Below the pieces are notes generated by a model. The model was not told the DNA's origin, ran no database searches, and saw only the letters and a list, made by a program, of their open reading frames with translations. From IMG/VR virus record IMGVR_UViG_3300025466_000039, positions 1 through 58,397 of that record: a stretch of DNA of 58,397 bases; one strand, written 5' to 3'. Below are positions 46,908-54,372 of this stretch, one piece after another. The DNA comes from a virus (Duplodnaviria; Caudoviricetes). The translations under genes and the position numbers were made by a program. Each line of letters opens with the position of its first letter. Position 1 is the first letter of the stretch.

Positions 46908-48401
46908 TTAATAGTATGCGGCTCTACGACGGTAGGAAGACGGTTCGTCTTTCTCGTCAGAATTTAAAGACAAAAATCCGCCTTTTCTGAATCTCAGCAA
47001 TGCTTGGGTTGTTGAGTCCACAAGGTCATCATGGTCTGAGTTTGGGAATGCGGCCAGTTCTTCAATTACTTCATCCGCCCATCTGGTGGGTGGCGCCCAG
47101 ACCTTTCCGCTTGCAAAAAGATCAGACACTGAGTTAATCCTCACCATCTTATCATTTCCCCTGCTGGGCGTAAACTCTTGCACCGGGATACCCATCGCCC
47201 TTAATTCATAAATAAGAGGAGCTCCAGAAGCCTTTGCCTCTACGATAAACGCATCTGGCTCCCAGTTTCTATACTCTTCTAATGCTACCTGCTTAAGCTC
47301 TGGGAACTCCATCCGTCTTTTAAATGCATCTAATAATATTACATGGGGATCTCGGACGTTCTCGTTAAGATAAAACACACCCCAGGTCGTACAAGCAGAG
47401 TAGTCGCTTCGTTCGTTCTTGGTAAAAGCCGTATCCCAAGACTGAATAATATACTCACATACAGGAACATTATCTTCCCATATCTTCCACCATTCTCTCT
47501 TGACGATAGCCCCTTCCTCCGAGGTAGGGGACTGCATGTATTGGGCATTCCATTTCGCAGCGGGGAGTTCGGACTTGAGTGCCAGCAACTCCTCTAGCCG
47601 CCAAAACTCTGGCCACAGGGGATTCCCGCTTGGCATAATTGCCGGCAACTGAATAACCTCCCACTTCTCTCCGTCCCTGTCGATCATGGACTGGATGATC
47701 TTGCCTGTTAAATCTTTCTTCGCCCATCTGGTCATCACCACCACAATAGCCCCGCCTGGTTGTAGACGCTGACGAGGTCCGGATGTGTACCACTCATAAA
47801 CTTTATCAAACACCGTTGGGTCTCCGGCCGCTAGAGCTGCCTCCTGTTCCGAATGCGGGTCATCGATAATAAGAAGGTCAGCTCCTTTACCCGTTACCGT
47901 ACCGCCAACACCGATCGCAAAGTATTCGCCATTCTTATTCGTACTCCATCTTCCAGCGGCCTTACTATCCGACCTCAGATTCACAAATGGGAATATCTTA
48001 TGGTATGTCTCAGAGGCTACCAGGTTCCTCACCTTACGGCCGAATCCAACAGCCAACTCGGCAGTATTGGATGTTTGGATAATCTTCTTCCCCGGGTATT
48101 TACCCAGGAACCAGGCGGGCAACAGAAAAGACGCAAACTCAGACTTGGTATGCCGAGGCGGCATGTTAATGATCAAACGCTTTAACTTACCACTAGCGAT
48201 CTCTTCAAACTTCTCTGCCATTAACTCATGATGCCGCCCATGTATAAACCCAGGCCACATCTCAGAAACAAACTGCATAAAGTCATCGGCGGCTTTCTCT
48301 ACGTTGAGGCTCTCCTTGTACACCTCAAACATATCCCACATCTCCTCCGCCAACTCCGGAGGCATGTTCTGTATCGCCGCTTCCATCTGCTCTACATTCA
48401 T
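46908..48401 (-). CDS. terL: terminase large subunit
   Basis: INMPPRHTKSE (Walker A), LLIIDDP (Walker B), SWDTA, HDDLVDS nuclease motifs. Confidence 0.95.
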   Translation of the reverse strand: MNVEQMEAAIQNMPPELAEEMWDMFEVYKESLNVEKAADDFMQFVSEMWPGFIHGRHHELMAEKFEEIASGKLKRLIINMPPRHTKSEFASFLLPAWFLGKYPGKKIIQTSNTAELAVGFGRKVRNLVASETYHKIFPFVNLRSDSKAAGRWSTNKNGEYFAIGVGGTVTGKGADLLIIDDPHSEQEAALAAGDPTVFDKVYEWYTSGPRQRLQPGGAIVVVMTRWAKKDLTGKIIQSMIDRDGEKWEVIQLPAIMPSGNPLWPEFWRLEELLALKSELPAAKWNAQYMQSPTSEEGAIVKREWWKIWEDNVPVCEYIIQSWDTAFTKNERSDYSACTTWGVFYLNENVRDPHVILLDAFKRRMEFPELKQVALEEYRNWEPDAFIVEAKASGAPLIYELRAMGIPVQEFTPSRGNDKMVRINSVSDLFASGKVWAPPTRWADEVIEELAAFPNSDHDDLVDSTTQALLRFRKGGFLSLNSDEKDEPSSYRRRAAYY

Positions 48402-48712
48402 TCCAAATCCCTAAACTTAATATAAACAGGCCGAACACTTCTGTCCTTATTCGCGAGTTTCTTACAAACCCCCAAATTACACAAGTTCCTAATCACCCTC
48501 ACCAAATTCGCCCGACCCTTATCCCCAGTCGCCCGCATAATGTCCTCGTAAGAAGGACCATACCCAAATTTCTTCCAATGCTCATCTATTACCAAAAACA
48601 CATTCCTCTCTTTAGGCGTCATATCCATCTCCATACACTCCGTCTCCGATAACCTACCAGGCCGAGACATCGCTTTCAATTCCTTCTTCGTATGTATGTA
48701 CTTCTTTTTCAT
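48398..48712 (-). CDS. LexA-like winged-HTH DNA-binding protein (no peptidase domain)
   Basis: MTPKE..V...I......GYGPSYEDI....G......V...L...G. Confidence 0.7.
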   Translation of the reverse strand: MKKKYIHTKKELKAMSRPGRLSETECMEMDMTPKERNVFLVIDEHWKKFGYGPSYEDIMRATGDKGRANLVRVIRNLCNLGVCKKLANKDRSVRPVYIKFRDLE

Positions 48713-48715
48713 TAC

Positions 48716-48812
48716 CGCAACATGTTGCGCTCTTAACGCTTTTTCTAAAAATATACACCCCCACCCTATTTTGTTTCAGAGACTGACGGGGGGGGTTCCG
48801 CAACATGTTGCG
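48716..48812. promoter_or_regulatory. two CGCAACATGTTGCG palindromes (48716-48729, 48799-48812)
   Basis: Perfect palindromes; the first lies 4 nt upstream of the annotated start of the LexA-like gene. Confidence 0.7.
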
Positions 48813-49497
48813 CTGGGTCTAGATCGGAATTTTCGATGGATTGAGTGAGTGGAGTAGTATGCGTAGGATCCCCGCCCGCCTCGAGCTCAGTCGCGGGGGG
48901 TGCCCCGTGGGTGGGGTCGCGCCCTTCGGATATCTCTTCCAGCAATGACCTCCCGCCTGAGCGCGCCGGCTTGGCGTCCACGTCCACCACTGATTTGATT
49001 CTCTCCAGTAGCTGAGCCTTGATGTCTCCGCTCTTAACGTGCGTGACTGTAGTCTCTTTGCGCTCCATGAATGCACCGACGTCGTACAGTTTGCCGATGA
49101 GTTCTAGCGCCTTCATTCGTTGGGCCGGTGGAAAATCCTCATCAATGGAGTGCTTGACCAATTGGTGGATTAGCAGTGCCTTTAATTCTCTAGGGGTTCG
49201 CAGTTTCTCCGCCTCAATCGCCAGCCTGTAAGCGTTCACCTCTTGGATCACGCGTGGATCACTGGCGAGCTTGTACGGGTCACTGGCGAGCGTATAGTCA
49301 CTCCGAGCGTTATATGTCTCTCTGTATGCTTGTCTCTTGCTCATTGTCCCCTCTGCTAGTTTACGCGCGTACTCTCTCTGTTTACTTGTGAGCGGTTGTT
49401 TTGTCCCTAAGATTGACTCTATTGGCGTGCTCTCCAGTGTTTCCCTTATTTGCGCCCTGGTTAACTTTTTAGTGGGCGCGCGTTTTGTTGCCGGCAT
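48766..49497 (-). CDS. terS: terminase small subunit
   Basis: LTSKQREYA.......SKRQAYRE.Y and RMKALELIGK motifs; GGAGG RBS; upstream of terL. Confidence 0.75.
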   Translation of the reverse strand: MPATKRAPTKKLTRAQIRETLESTPIESILGTKQPLTSKQREYARKLAEGTMSKRQAYRETYNARSDYTLASDPYKLASDPRVIQEVNAYRLAIEAEKLRTPRELKALLIHQLVKHSIDEDFPPAQRMKALELIGKLYDVGAFMERKETTVTHVKSGDIKAQLLERIKSVVDVDAKPARSGGRSLLEEISEGRDPTHGAPPATELEAGGDPTHTTPLTQSIENSDLDPAQHVAEPPPSVSETK

Positions 49498-49590
49498 GAT
49501 TCTACCCTCCAATTTCCTATACTTGACGCGAGTATAAACGCAAACAGCACTCCATGCAAACACCCCCAAAATCAAATTGTAGTCCTTATA

Positions 49591-49625
49591 AATCAACAAC
49601 TTACACGCGCTGGCACGATTTTTTC
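49591..49625 (+). promoter_or_regulatory. IHF consensus site plus sigma54-like -24 box
   Basis: AATCAACAACTTA fits WATCAANNNNTTR; then TGGCAC-GATTT-TTTC (the -12 GC is imperfect). Confidence 0.45.
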
Positions 49626-49691
49626 CCCATATAAGGTATGGGGTATCAAAAAACAGAGCCTCATATTTTCAACAACTAAGGAAAACACACT

Positions 49692-50003
49692 ATGTATTCA
49701 CAATTCAAAACTCTAGAAAATCTAATCGATTATCACCTCACCAGTGAGCAAACCATGTACCTGTGCGACTTGACCGGCCTAAGTGTTGACGATCGCGGGT
49801 TTGACTCGCTCCAACACTGGTTCGACATCAACGACCCATTCCACACCGCCTCGAAAACCATGCGCGAGATTGGTGGCTCATTTGCCGGTGCGATCGGCGA
49901 GGCTTACCAGTGCGCCGACTCTCGCAACCGCTTGATCTTAATTACCGCCTTCAAGGATCTATTCGTTCGCTTTATGCCCACTAGTGTGACTGATGAGGCT
50001 TGA
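49692..50003 (+). CDS. early hypothetical protein
   Basis: AAGGA RBS; GGSFA....AY..AD..N...L..AF motif. Confidence 0.75.
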   Translation: MYSQFKTLENLIDYHLTSEQTMYLCDLTGLSVDDRGFDSLQHWFDINDPFHTASKTMREIGGSFAGAIGEAYQCADSRNRLILITAFKDLFVRFMPTSVTDEA

Positions 50004-50033
50004 TTAGCCGAAACCCCGCGAGGGGTCTCACAC
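49984..50033 (+). ncRNA. hammerhead ribozyme, type I (HH1)
   Basis: GTGTGA-CTGATGA-GGCT tgatt AGCC-GAAA-CCCC gcga GGGG-TC^-TCACAC. Confidence 0.93.
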
Positions 50034-50049
50034 AACTACTGGAGAACCA

Positions 50050-50499
50050 ATGAAAAACGAAATTATCTTAGCCCTTCACACCTTCGCACGCAAGCGCCCT
50101 CAGCTTGAATACGGCAACTATGGGAGCGCCTCGAGTTACCGCGCGGAGGCGCGCGCCATTACAAGAGACTTGCAACACGCACGCGCTCTACTTCGCAAAG
50201 TGGAGTTATCGGGTATCACCGCTCAAGATTTAATCAAGGCGAGTACTGAGGCATTCTCAGGCCGGTTAACGATTATGCCCGCCAACTCTTACAGCGACAA
50301 AATCCGGATCGATTATTGTGTTGGCCAATATTGGCCGACCGAATACCGCAAAGCAGTTTGCGCAGTATTGGCTCGCGCACTCTGGAATCACTGGATGGAA
50401 GATCGAAAAGAGGGCGAGTTTATGACCACCCGCCAAAAAATCCGCATACTGGCGCGCGTGGAGCTTGGAAGAACTATAGCGCAAGTCTATTTTAATTAA
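50050..50499 (+). CDS. early hypothetical protein
   Basis: GGAG RBS; RP.LEYGNYG...YRAE.R.IT.D; Y..GQYWPTEYRKA. Confidence 0.8.
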   Translation: MKNEIILALHTFARKRPQLEYGNYGSASSYRAEARAITRDLQHARALLRKVELSGITAQDLIKASTEAFSGRLTIMPANSYSDKIRIDYCVGQYWPTEYRKAVCAVLARALWNHWMEDRKEGEFMTTRQKIRILARVELGRTIAQVYFN

Positions 50500-50549
50500 G
50501 CATAACTGACGAGGCTTAATGAGCCGAAACCCCCGCGGGGGTCTTATGC
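50500..50549 (+). ncRNA. hammerhead ribozyme, type I (HH2)
   Basis: GCATAA-CTGACGA-GGCT taatg AGCC-GAAA-CCCC cgcg GGGG-TC^-TTATGC. Confidence 0.93.
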
Positions 50550-50569
50550 AACAACAAGGAAACAAAACA

Positions 50570-50734
50570 ATGATTTTACTTACAAAATTTTGGGGTTATC
50601 TCACCCTCAAAACCGCGCTTTGTCTCGGCGGGTATGCGGTAACAGTCTTACAAGGCTCACCCAGTCAAACCCTCTTGATTGTCGGCTCATTGTCGGCTCT
50701 TGCAATCCCAGTATTTTATTATTTTGGAGAGTGA
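50570..50734 (+). CDS. small two-TM membrane protein
   Basis: AAGGA RBS after HH2; hydrophobic. Confidence 0.6.
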   Translation: MILLTKFWGYLTLKTALCLGGYAVTVLQGSPSQTLLIVGSLSALAIPVFYYFGE

Positions 50735-50738
50735 CACC

Positions 50739-50915
50739 ATGCTAATCGCTTACCACGCAAAACATGAGCGCCACGGATGGCGCGAGATATGTCGTCAACC
50801 TATCGACTGGGATGGATGGGGAGATTTCGACCGCTCCATGATTGACGAACTAATCAAAAACGGGTCTCACGTTTTAACGTGCGGGTGGAATATGTACCAA
50901 CTAATTGAGGGTTAA
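50739..50915 (+). CDS. early hypothetical protein
   Basis: GGAG RBS; MLIAYHAKHE... Confidence 0.6.
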   Translation: MLIAYHAKHERHGWREICRQPIDWDGWGDFDRSMIDELIKNGSHVLTCGWNMYQLIEG

Positions 50916-50918
50916 ATT

Positions 50919-51566
50919 ATGAGAGTAATTATGCTGAAAAAAGAGGCGAGCGCGCTTACTGGTGGACTCACCGAAACTTCTAAGATGCCTTGCAAGTCCT
51001 ACAGTTTACCGACTGAGGCGTGCGAGACCGGTTTCAAAATGGCTCAAATTGAGGGGTCGATCTGTTTTTCATGCTATGCGGATCGTAATTTTTATTTGAT
51101 GTATCAAAACACAATTAAACCCGCCCAATTCGCTCGACTTGATTCAATTAATGATTCCCATTGGGTGGACGCGATGGTTACTCTAATTGGCTTAGATCCT
51201 TATTTTAGGTGGCACGACTCCGGAGATCTCCAAGGCCTTGATCACTTCAAGAAAATTATAGAGGTTGCGACATTGACGCCAAAAACAAAACACTGGCTTC
51301 CGACCCGTGAATACTCAATTATTAAGGATTTTATCTCAGCCGGTGGCGTAATCCCCAAAAACTTAATTGTCCGGCTCTCGGGTATGTATCCTGACAAGGC
51401 CGTAAAAGTCCCCAAAAGCCTCGAAGGCGTGCGAGGCGTGACAACGTCTAACGTCCACACCAAAAAGCCTCTAGGGCTCGCCTGTAAAGCCCCAGAGCAA
51501 GCCGGCGAGTGTCGCGATTGTCGCGCGTGTTGGACTTCGAAACCGGTGTCCTACTTGATGCACTAG
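50919..51566 (+). CDS. GP88-like Cys-rich protein (possible radical-SAM-related fold)
   Basis: TSKMP....LP...C..G....IC..CYA, FRWHDSGD, HWLPTRE, C.....C..C.ACW. Confidence 0.75.
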   Translation: MRVIMLKKEASALTGGLTETSKMPCKSYSLPTEACETGFKMAQIEGSICFSCYADRNFYLMYQNTIKPAQFARLDSINDSHWVDAMVTLIGLDPYFRWHDSGDLQGLDHFKKIIEVATLTPKTKHWLPTREYSIIKDFISAGGVIPKNLIVRLSGMYPDKAVKVPKSLEGVRGVTTSNVHTKKPLGLACKAPEQAGECRDCRACWTSKPVSYLMH

Positions 51567-51617
51567 CATGACTGATGAGGCCTGAGAGGCCGAAACCCGA
51601 GCGATCGGGTCTCATGC
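51566..51617 (+). ncRNA. hammerhead ribozyme, type I (HH3)
   Basis: GCATGA-CTGATGA-GGCC tgaga GGCC-GAAA-CCCGA gcga TCGGG-TC^-TCATGC. Confidence 0.93.
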
Positions 51618-51633
51618 AACTACAAGGGAAACA

Positions 51634-51801
51634 ATGAAATATTCCGAATTTGACTATATCCAAGCCGGTTATCTATTTGAGAAAAACCGCATTAAGCTCG
51701 CACGATTTGAGCGTATGCTCGCGCGCGAATATCAGGAACACAAAAACAAAGCGGTCTTTTTGTTCAACCGCGGTCGATTGGAGGCTCGCTCATGTATCTA
51801 G
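51634..51801 (+). CDS. 55-aa early protein (not in ORF track)
   Basis: AAGGGA RBS after HH3; MKYSEFDYIQAGYLFEK... Confidence 0.65.
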   Translation: MKYSEFDYIQAGYLFEKNRIKLARFERMLAREYQEHKNKAVFLFNRGRLEARSCI

Positions 51802-51974
51802 TCTTTAACCACAATGCCCGATTTTTGGGCGACTTTGCGACCATGCATGAGGCTCAAACTGAGGCCATGCTCTATATGGGGCAAACCGGAAACCCCGCCT
51901 ACATCACAACCCGCAACTTGTTGCGCCCCGAAGAGCGCGACTCTTACGAACAATTTTTGGAGATACACGAATGA
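51792..51974 (+). CDS. early hypothetical protein
   Basis: GGAGG RBS; coupled; contains a palindrome copy at 51912-51925. Confidence 0.65.
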   Translation: MYLVFNHNARFLGDFATMHEAQTEAMLYMGQTGNPAYITTRNLLRPEERDSYEQFLEIHE

Positions 51975-52204
51975 CTTCTATCGCAACAAAATATAACTGG
52001 TTACTGGTGGACAAAACCGGCGTAGCAGTCCCCAAGGGCGCGATCATCAAAACACGCAACGGCGAAGAGTTCGAGCTCACTGGGGGGAGACCCCCGCACA
52101 ATGACGGCTCAACCGGTCGCGTATGGGTTAAGCCCGTGGGCGAACCCGAAACCACGCAAGAGCTCTACCCGACAGTTTTTGATCTGAAATGGGAAATAGT
52201 CTAA
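51971..52204 (+). CDS. early hypothetical protein
   Basis: GGRPPH..GSTGRVWV...YP.VF.L.W. Confidence 0.75.
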   Translation: MTSIATKYNWLLVDKTGVAVPKGAIIKTRNGEEFELTGGRPPHNDGSTGRVWVKPVGEPETTQELYPTVFDLKWEIV

Positions 52205-52256
52205 GCGCAACTGATGAGCCCTGACTGGGCGAAACCCGCGCGAGCGGGTCTTGTGC
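52205..52256 (+). ncRNA. hammerhead ribozyme, type I (HH4)
   Basis: GCGCAA-CTGATGA-GCCC tgact GGGC-GAAA-CCCGC gcga GCGGG-TC^-TTGTGC. Confidence 0.93.
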
Positions 52257-52275
52257 AACTACAGGAGGCCAAAAA

Positions 52276-52512
52276 ATGGCACGATTAATTAAAACTGAGA
52301 AACAATGGGTAATTCGTGACGAATGGTGCGAGGATGATATCACCGACCAATGCGAGCAAATCGGCGAAGAGCTCACCCTTGACGAAACCCGCAAAGTGTT
52401 GGAGATCATCGTCAAATCACACGATGCTGAAATTGGCATTAACTGGAATTCAATCAATTCAGCAATCGATGAGGTCTTGATGCTACGCGATCAAGAGGCC
52501 GAAAGGGATTAA
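52276..52512 (+). CDS. early acidic protein
   Basis: AGGAGG RBS; W..DDI...LT..E...VL......HDAEIGINW. Confidence 0.8.
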   Translation: MARLIKTEKQWVIRDEWCEDDITDQCEQIGEELTLDETRKVLEIIVKSHDAEIGINWNSINSAIDEVLMLRDQEAERD

Positions 52513-52515
52513 AAA

Positions 52516-52845
52516 ATGACTTGTTCAAAATGTAACTCACCTACAAGTAACACTTGGGATTGTGAATGCCAGTATGAAAAGGTAGACCCGATGCTACGGG
52601 CTAAGATTTTAGCCAAACTAACACCGCAAGAACTCGATCCAGAAATGTACTCTGATTCGGACACATGGGGCTCAACTGAGGTTGATGGGGTTATGTATGA
52701 CCTCAATTTTTGGTTTGATGAAGATCAATTCAATATCACCGCTTACTTTTTAACCGAGGAAGATGGTGTTGTTGTCACGGATAACTGTAGATTTTTTAGG
52801 ATTTTGTCTAAAACTGTTAAGGTAATAGACGAGGAGAATGAATAA
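52516..52845 (+). CDS. early acidic protein
   Basis: ORF in the early run. Confidence 0.6.
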   Translation: MTCSKCNSPTSNTWDCECQYEKVDPMLRAKILAKLTPQELDPEMYSDSDTWGSTEVDGVMYDLNFWFDEDQFNITAYFLTEEDGVVVTDNCRFFRILSKTVKVIDEENE

Positions 52846-53033
52846 TGGCACCAATTGACCAAGCATTTTTTGAGATGTATCGCGGATCTATTTCTGAGTG
52901 CGATGACGAAACAATTTTGCGCTTTTTGAAGGATAACGAATCAGTAGATAGTTTTGAAGGATATACACATTTGATGGATACCTATATTGCATTCGAGGCC
53001 GGTATTAAATACGCAAGGGAAAATCCAATATGA
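52845..53033 (+). CDS. early acidic protein
   Basis: TAATG coupling. Confidence 0.65.
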   Translation: MAPIDQAFFEMYRGSISECDDETILRFLKDNESVDSFEGYTHLMDTYIAFEAGIKYARENPI

Positions 53034-53158
53034 CCGCACAAGAACTATACGAGGCCTTAGAAAAAGCCGGCATTGACTTTGAGGTTGTCGAGATATTCGA
53101 AGGATGCCGGTGGCTTAGATTTGACGTTGAAGAAGAAACAGACGAGGAGAATGAATAA
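53030..53158 (+). CDS. 42-aa acidic protein (not in ORF track)
   Basis: ATGA coupling; MTAQELYEALEKAGIDFEVVEIFEG... Confidence 0.6.
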   Translation: MTAQELYEALEKAGIDFEVVEIFEGCRWLRFDVEEETDEENE

Positions 53159-53349
53159 TGATGGATCGAAGAATTAAAAGTTATGCGGTGCAAATTACTT
53201 GGGATGACGGAGAAACAGAAATTCGTGAGGATTTCCCGCCTATTCCCTACATCGAAGAGTGGATGGATGAGATTGAATTAGAAGAAAACAAAGCCTGCAA
53301 CATGATTGTGGATGATGTTGAAAAAGACGAAGGGGTGAATGAAGAATGA
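53158..53349 (+). CDS. early acidic protein
   Basis: TAATG coupling; very D/E-rich. Confidence 0.65.
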   Translation: MMDRRIKSYAVQITWDDGETEIREDFPPIPYIEEWMDEIELEENKACNMIVDDVEKDEGVNEE

Positions 53350-53556
53350 TAACCATATTTTTTGAGATCGATGGCCACGTCTTTGAGTCGGCCACATTTG
53401 CCAACGAGGGACTTTATATTGCGTGCTACGGGGCTCTTGAGCACTATGCGCGCCTCAACAACTTTGACATGACGGAGGTGGTGACATGATAAGGAGTCAA
53501 TTTGACTAGATGCGAAGAATTGGGAGTCTGTCAATCCATTGGGTGCGCAGACTGCC

Positions 53557-53594
53557 CGCAACTTGTTGCGGTGGAAGACCCGCAACTTGTTGCG
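53557..53594. promoter_or_regulatory. tandem CGCAACTTGTTGCG palindromes (53557-53570, 53581-53594)
   Basis: Located at the convergence of the early operon and the primase gene. Confidence 0.7.
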
Positions 53595-53595
53595 C

Positions 53596-54372
53596 TTACA
53601 GCATTTTTACAAGGCTTTCACCCGCCAACTGAGACCCAACCCGAGCCTCAAAATCGTTAAAATCCTCCCCCTCTTCACCTACCCAGTAGCATGAGGCTAT
53701 TTTTTCTGCCGTTTTCACTCCAACTGGATCGTTGTCCGCAACAACAAGAGGCTTATTTAAGGACTTCGCGATCTCAATCATATTAGAGGCTGAGAAACAA
53801 ATATGTATCTTATACCTCACCCGCAACAATTTCAGGGCTCTACGGATCGATAAACCGGTCGCATACCCCTCACAAATAATATCCCGTCCCTTATTGTCTA
53901 TCACGAGGCTTGCGCCCTTGGTAATCTGACCCGACAAAAACTTTTTATTGCCGTCCTTGTCGATCAGCTGACAACCCACCAACTTGTCTCCGACCCGCAT
54001 TGTGACGACCAACAAATCCTTCCATACGAGGCCACGCTCGGTGAAACCTTTGCGAATTAAGTACGGGTGGGACGAAAGAACCCCGCTCTTGACGATGTAA
54101 ACCGCCTTCTTTCTAGCCTCCTCCTGCCGGTGGAGGCGGTCTTGGTTTACTCTCGCAATCTTCTGTTGGTCGATTACATGAGGCTTGTCGGTCTTGTAAG
54201 GCGCGTGAGATTCCATAGTCGCAAAGTTAATAACGGCACCACCGACCCCATCGAATATGTATGCGCCGTTGGTTTTGGTGGGTTTGTCTAGCGTCTTGAC
54301 CCTAGCCCACCGATCCATCACAAGATTCTCAATAATGAGGCCGTGCTGATATGCAAAGTCCTCGAATGTCAT
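53596..54372 (-). CDS. Toprim-domain DNA primase
   Basis: HPYL.RKG, Q.ID.DG.KKFL.G, ICEGYATG.S, ADND, DFND; ATGA overlap with the helicase. Confidence 0.85.
   Translation of the reverse strand: MTFEDFAYQHGLIIENLVMDRWARVKTLDKPTKTNGAYIFDGVGGAVINFATMESHAPYKTDKPHVIDQQKIARVNQDRLHRQEEARKKAVYIVKSGVLSSHPYLIRKGFTERGLVWKDLLVVTMRVGDKLVGCQLIDKDGNKKFLSGQITKGASLVIDNKGRDIICEGYATGLSIRRALKLLRVRYKIHICFSASNMIEIAKSLNKPLVVADNDPVGVKTAEKIASCYWVGEEGEDFNDFEARVGSQLAGESLVKML

Larger units (their letters stand above)
52827..53160 (+). repeat. 21-nt direct repeat AGACGAGGAGAATGAATAATG (52827-52847, 53140-53160)
   Basis: Identical copies, each containing an RBS and a TAATG stop/start overlap. Confidence 0.9.

Noticed and set aside
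7717-48425. Numerous plus-strand ORFs opposite the late genes (e.g. 12392..12901, 31331..31894, 35989..36450)
   Set aside because: They are antisense shadows of well-supported minus-strand genes with no independent signals.
48398-48712. SOS-cleavable CI/LexA repressor implying classic lysogeny
   Set aside because: Only the DNA-binding domain is present, with no S24 peptidase, and no integrase was recognised.
49984-52256. Repeats read as CRISPR repeats or terminators
   Set aside because: Spacing is gene-sized, there are no U-tracts, and the conserved bases match the hammerhead catalytic core exactly.
52466-52504. Possible fifth hammerhead (TCGATGA-stem-GAAA)
   Set aside because: The core is not CUGANGA, there is no stem III/GUC or stem I, and it lies inside a coding sequence.
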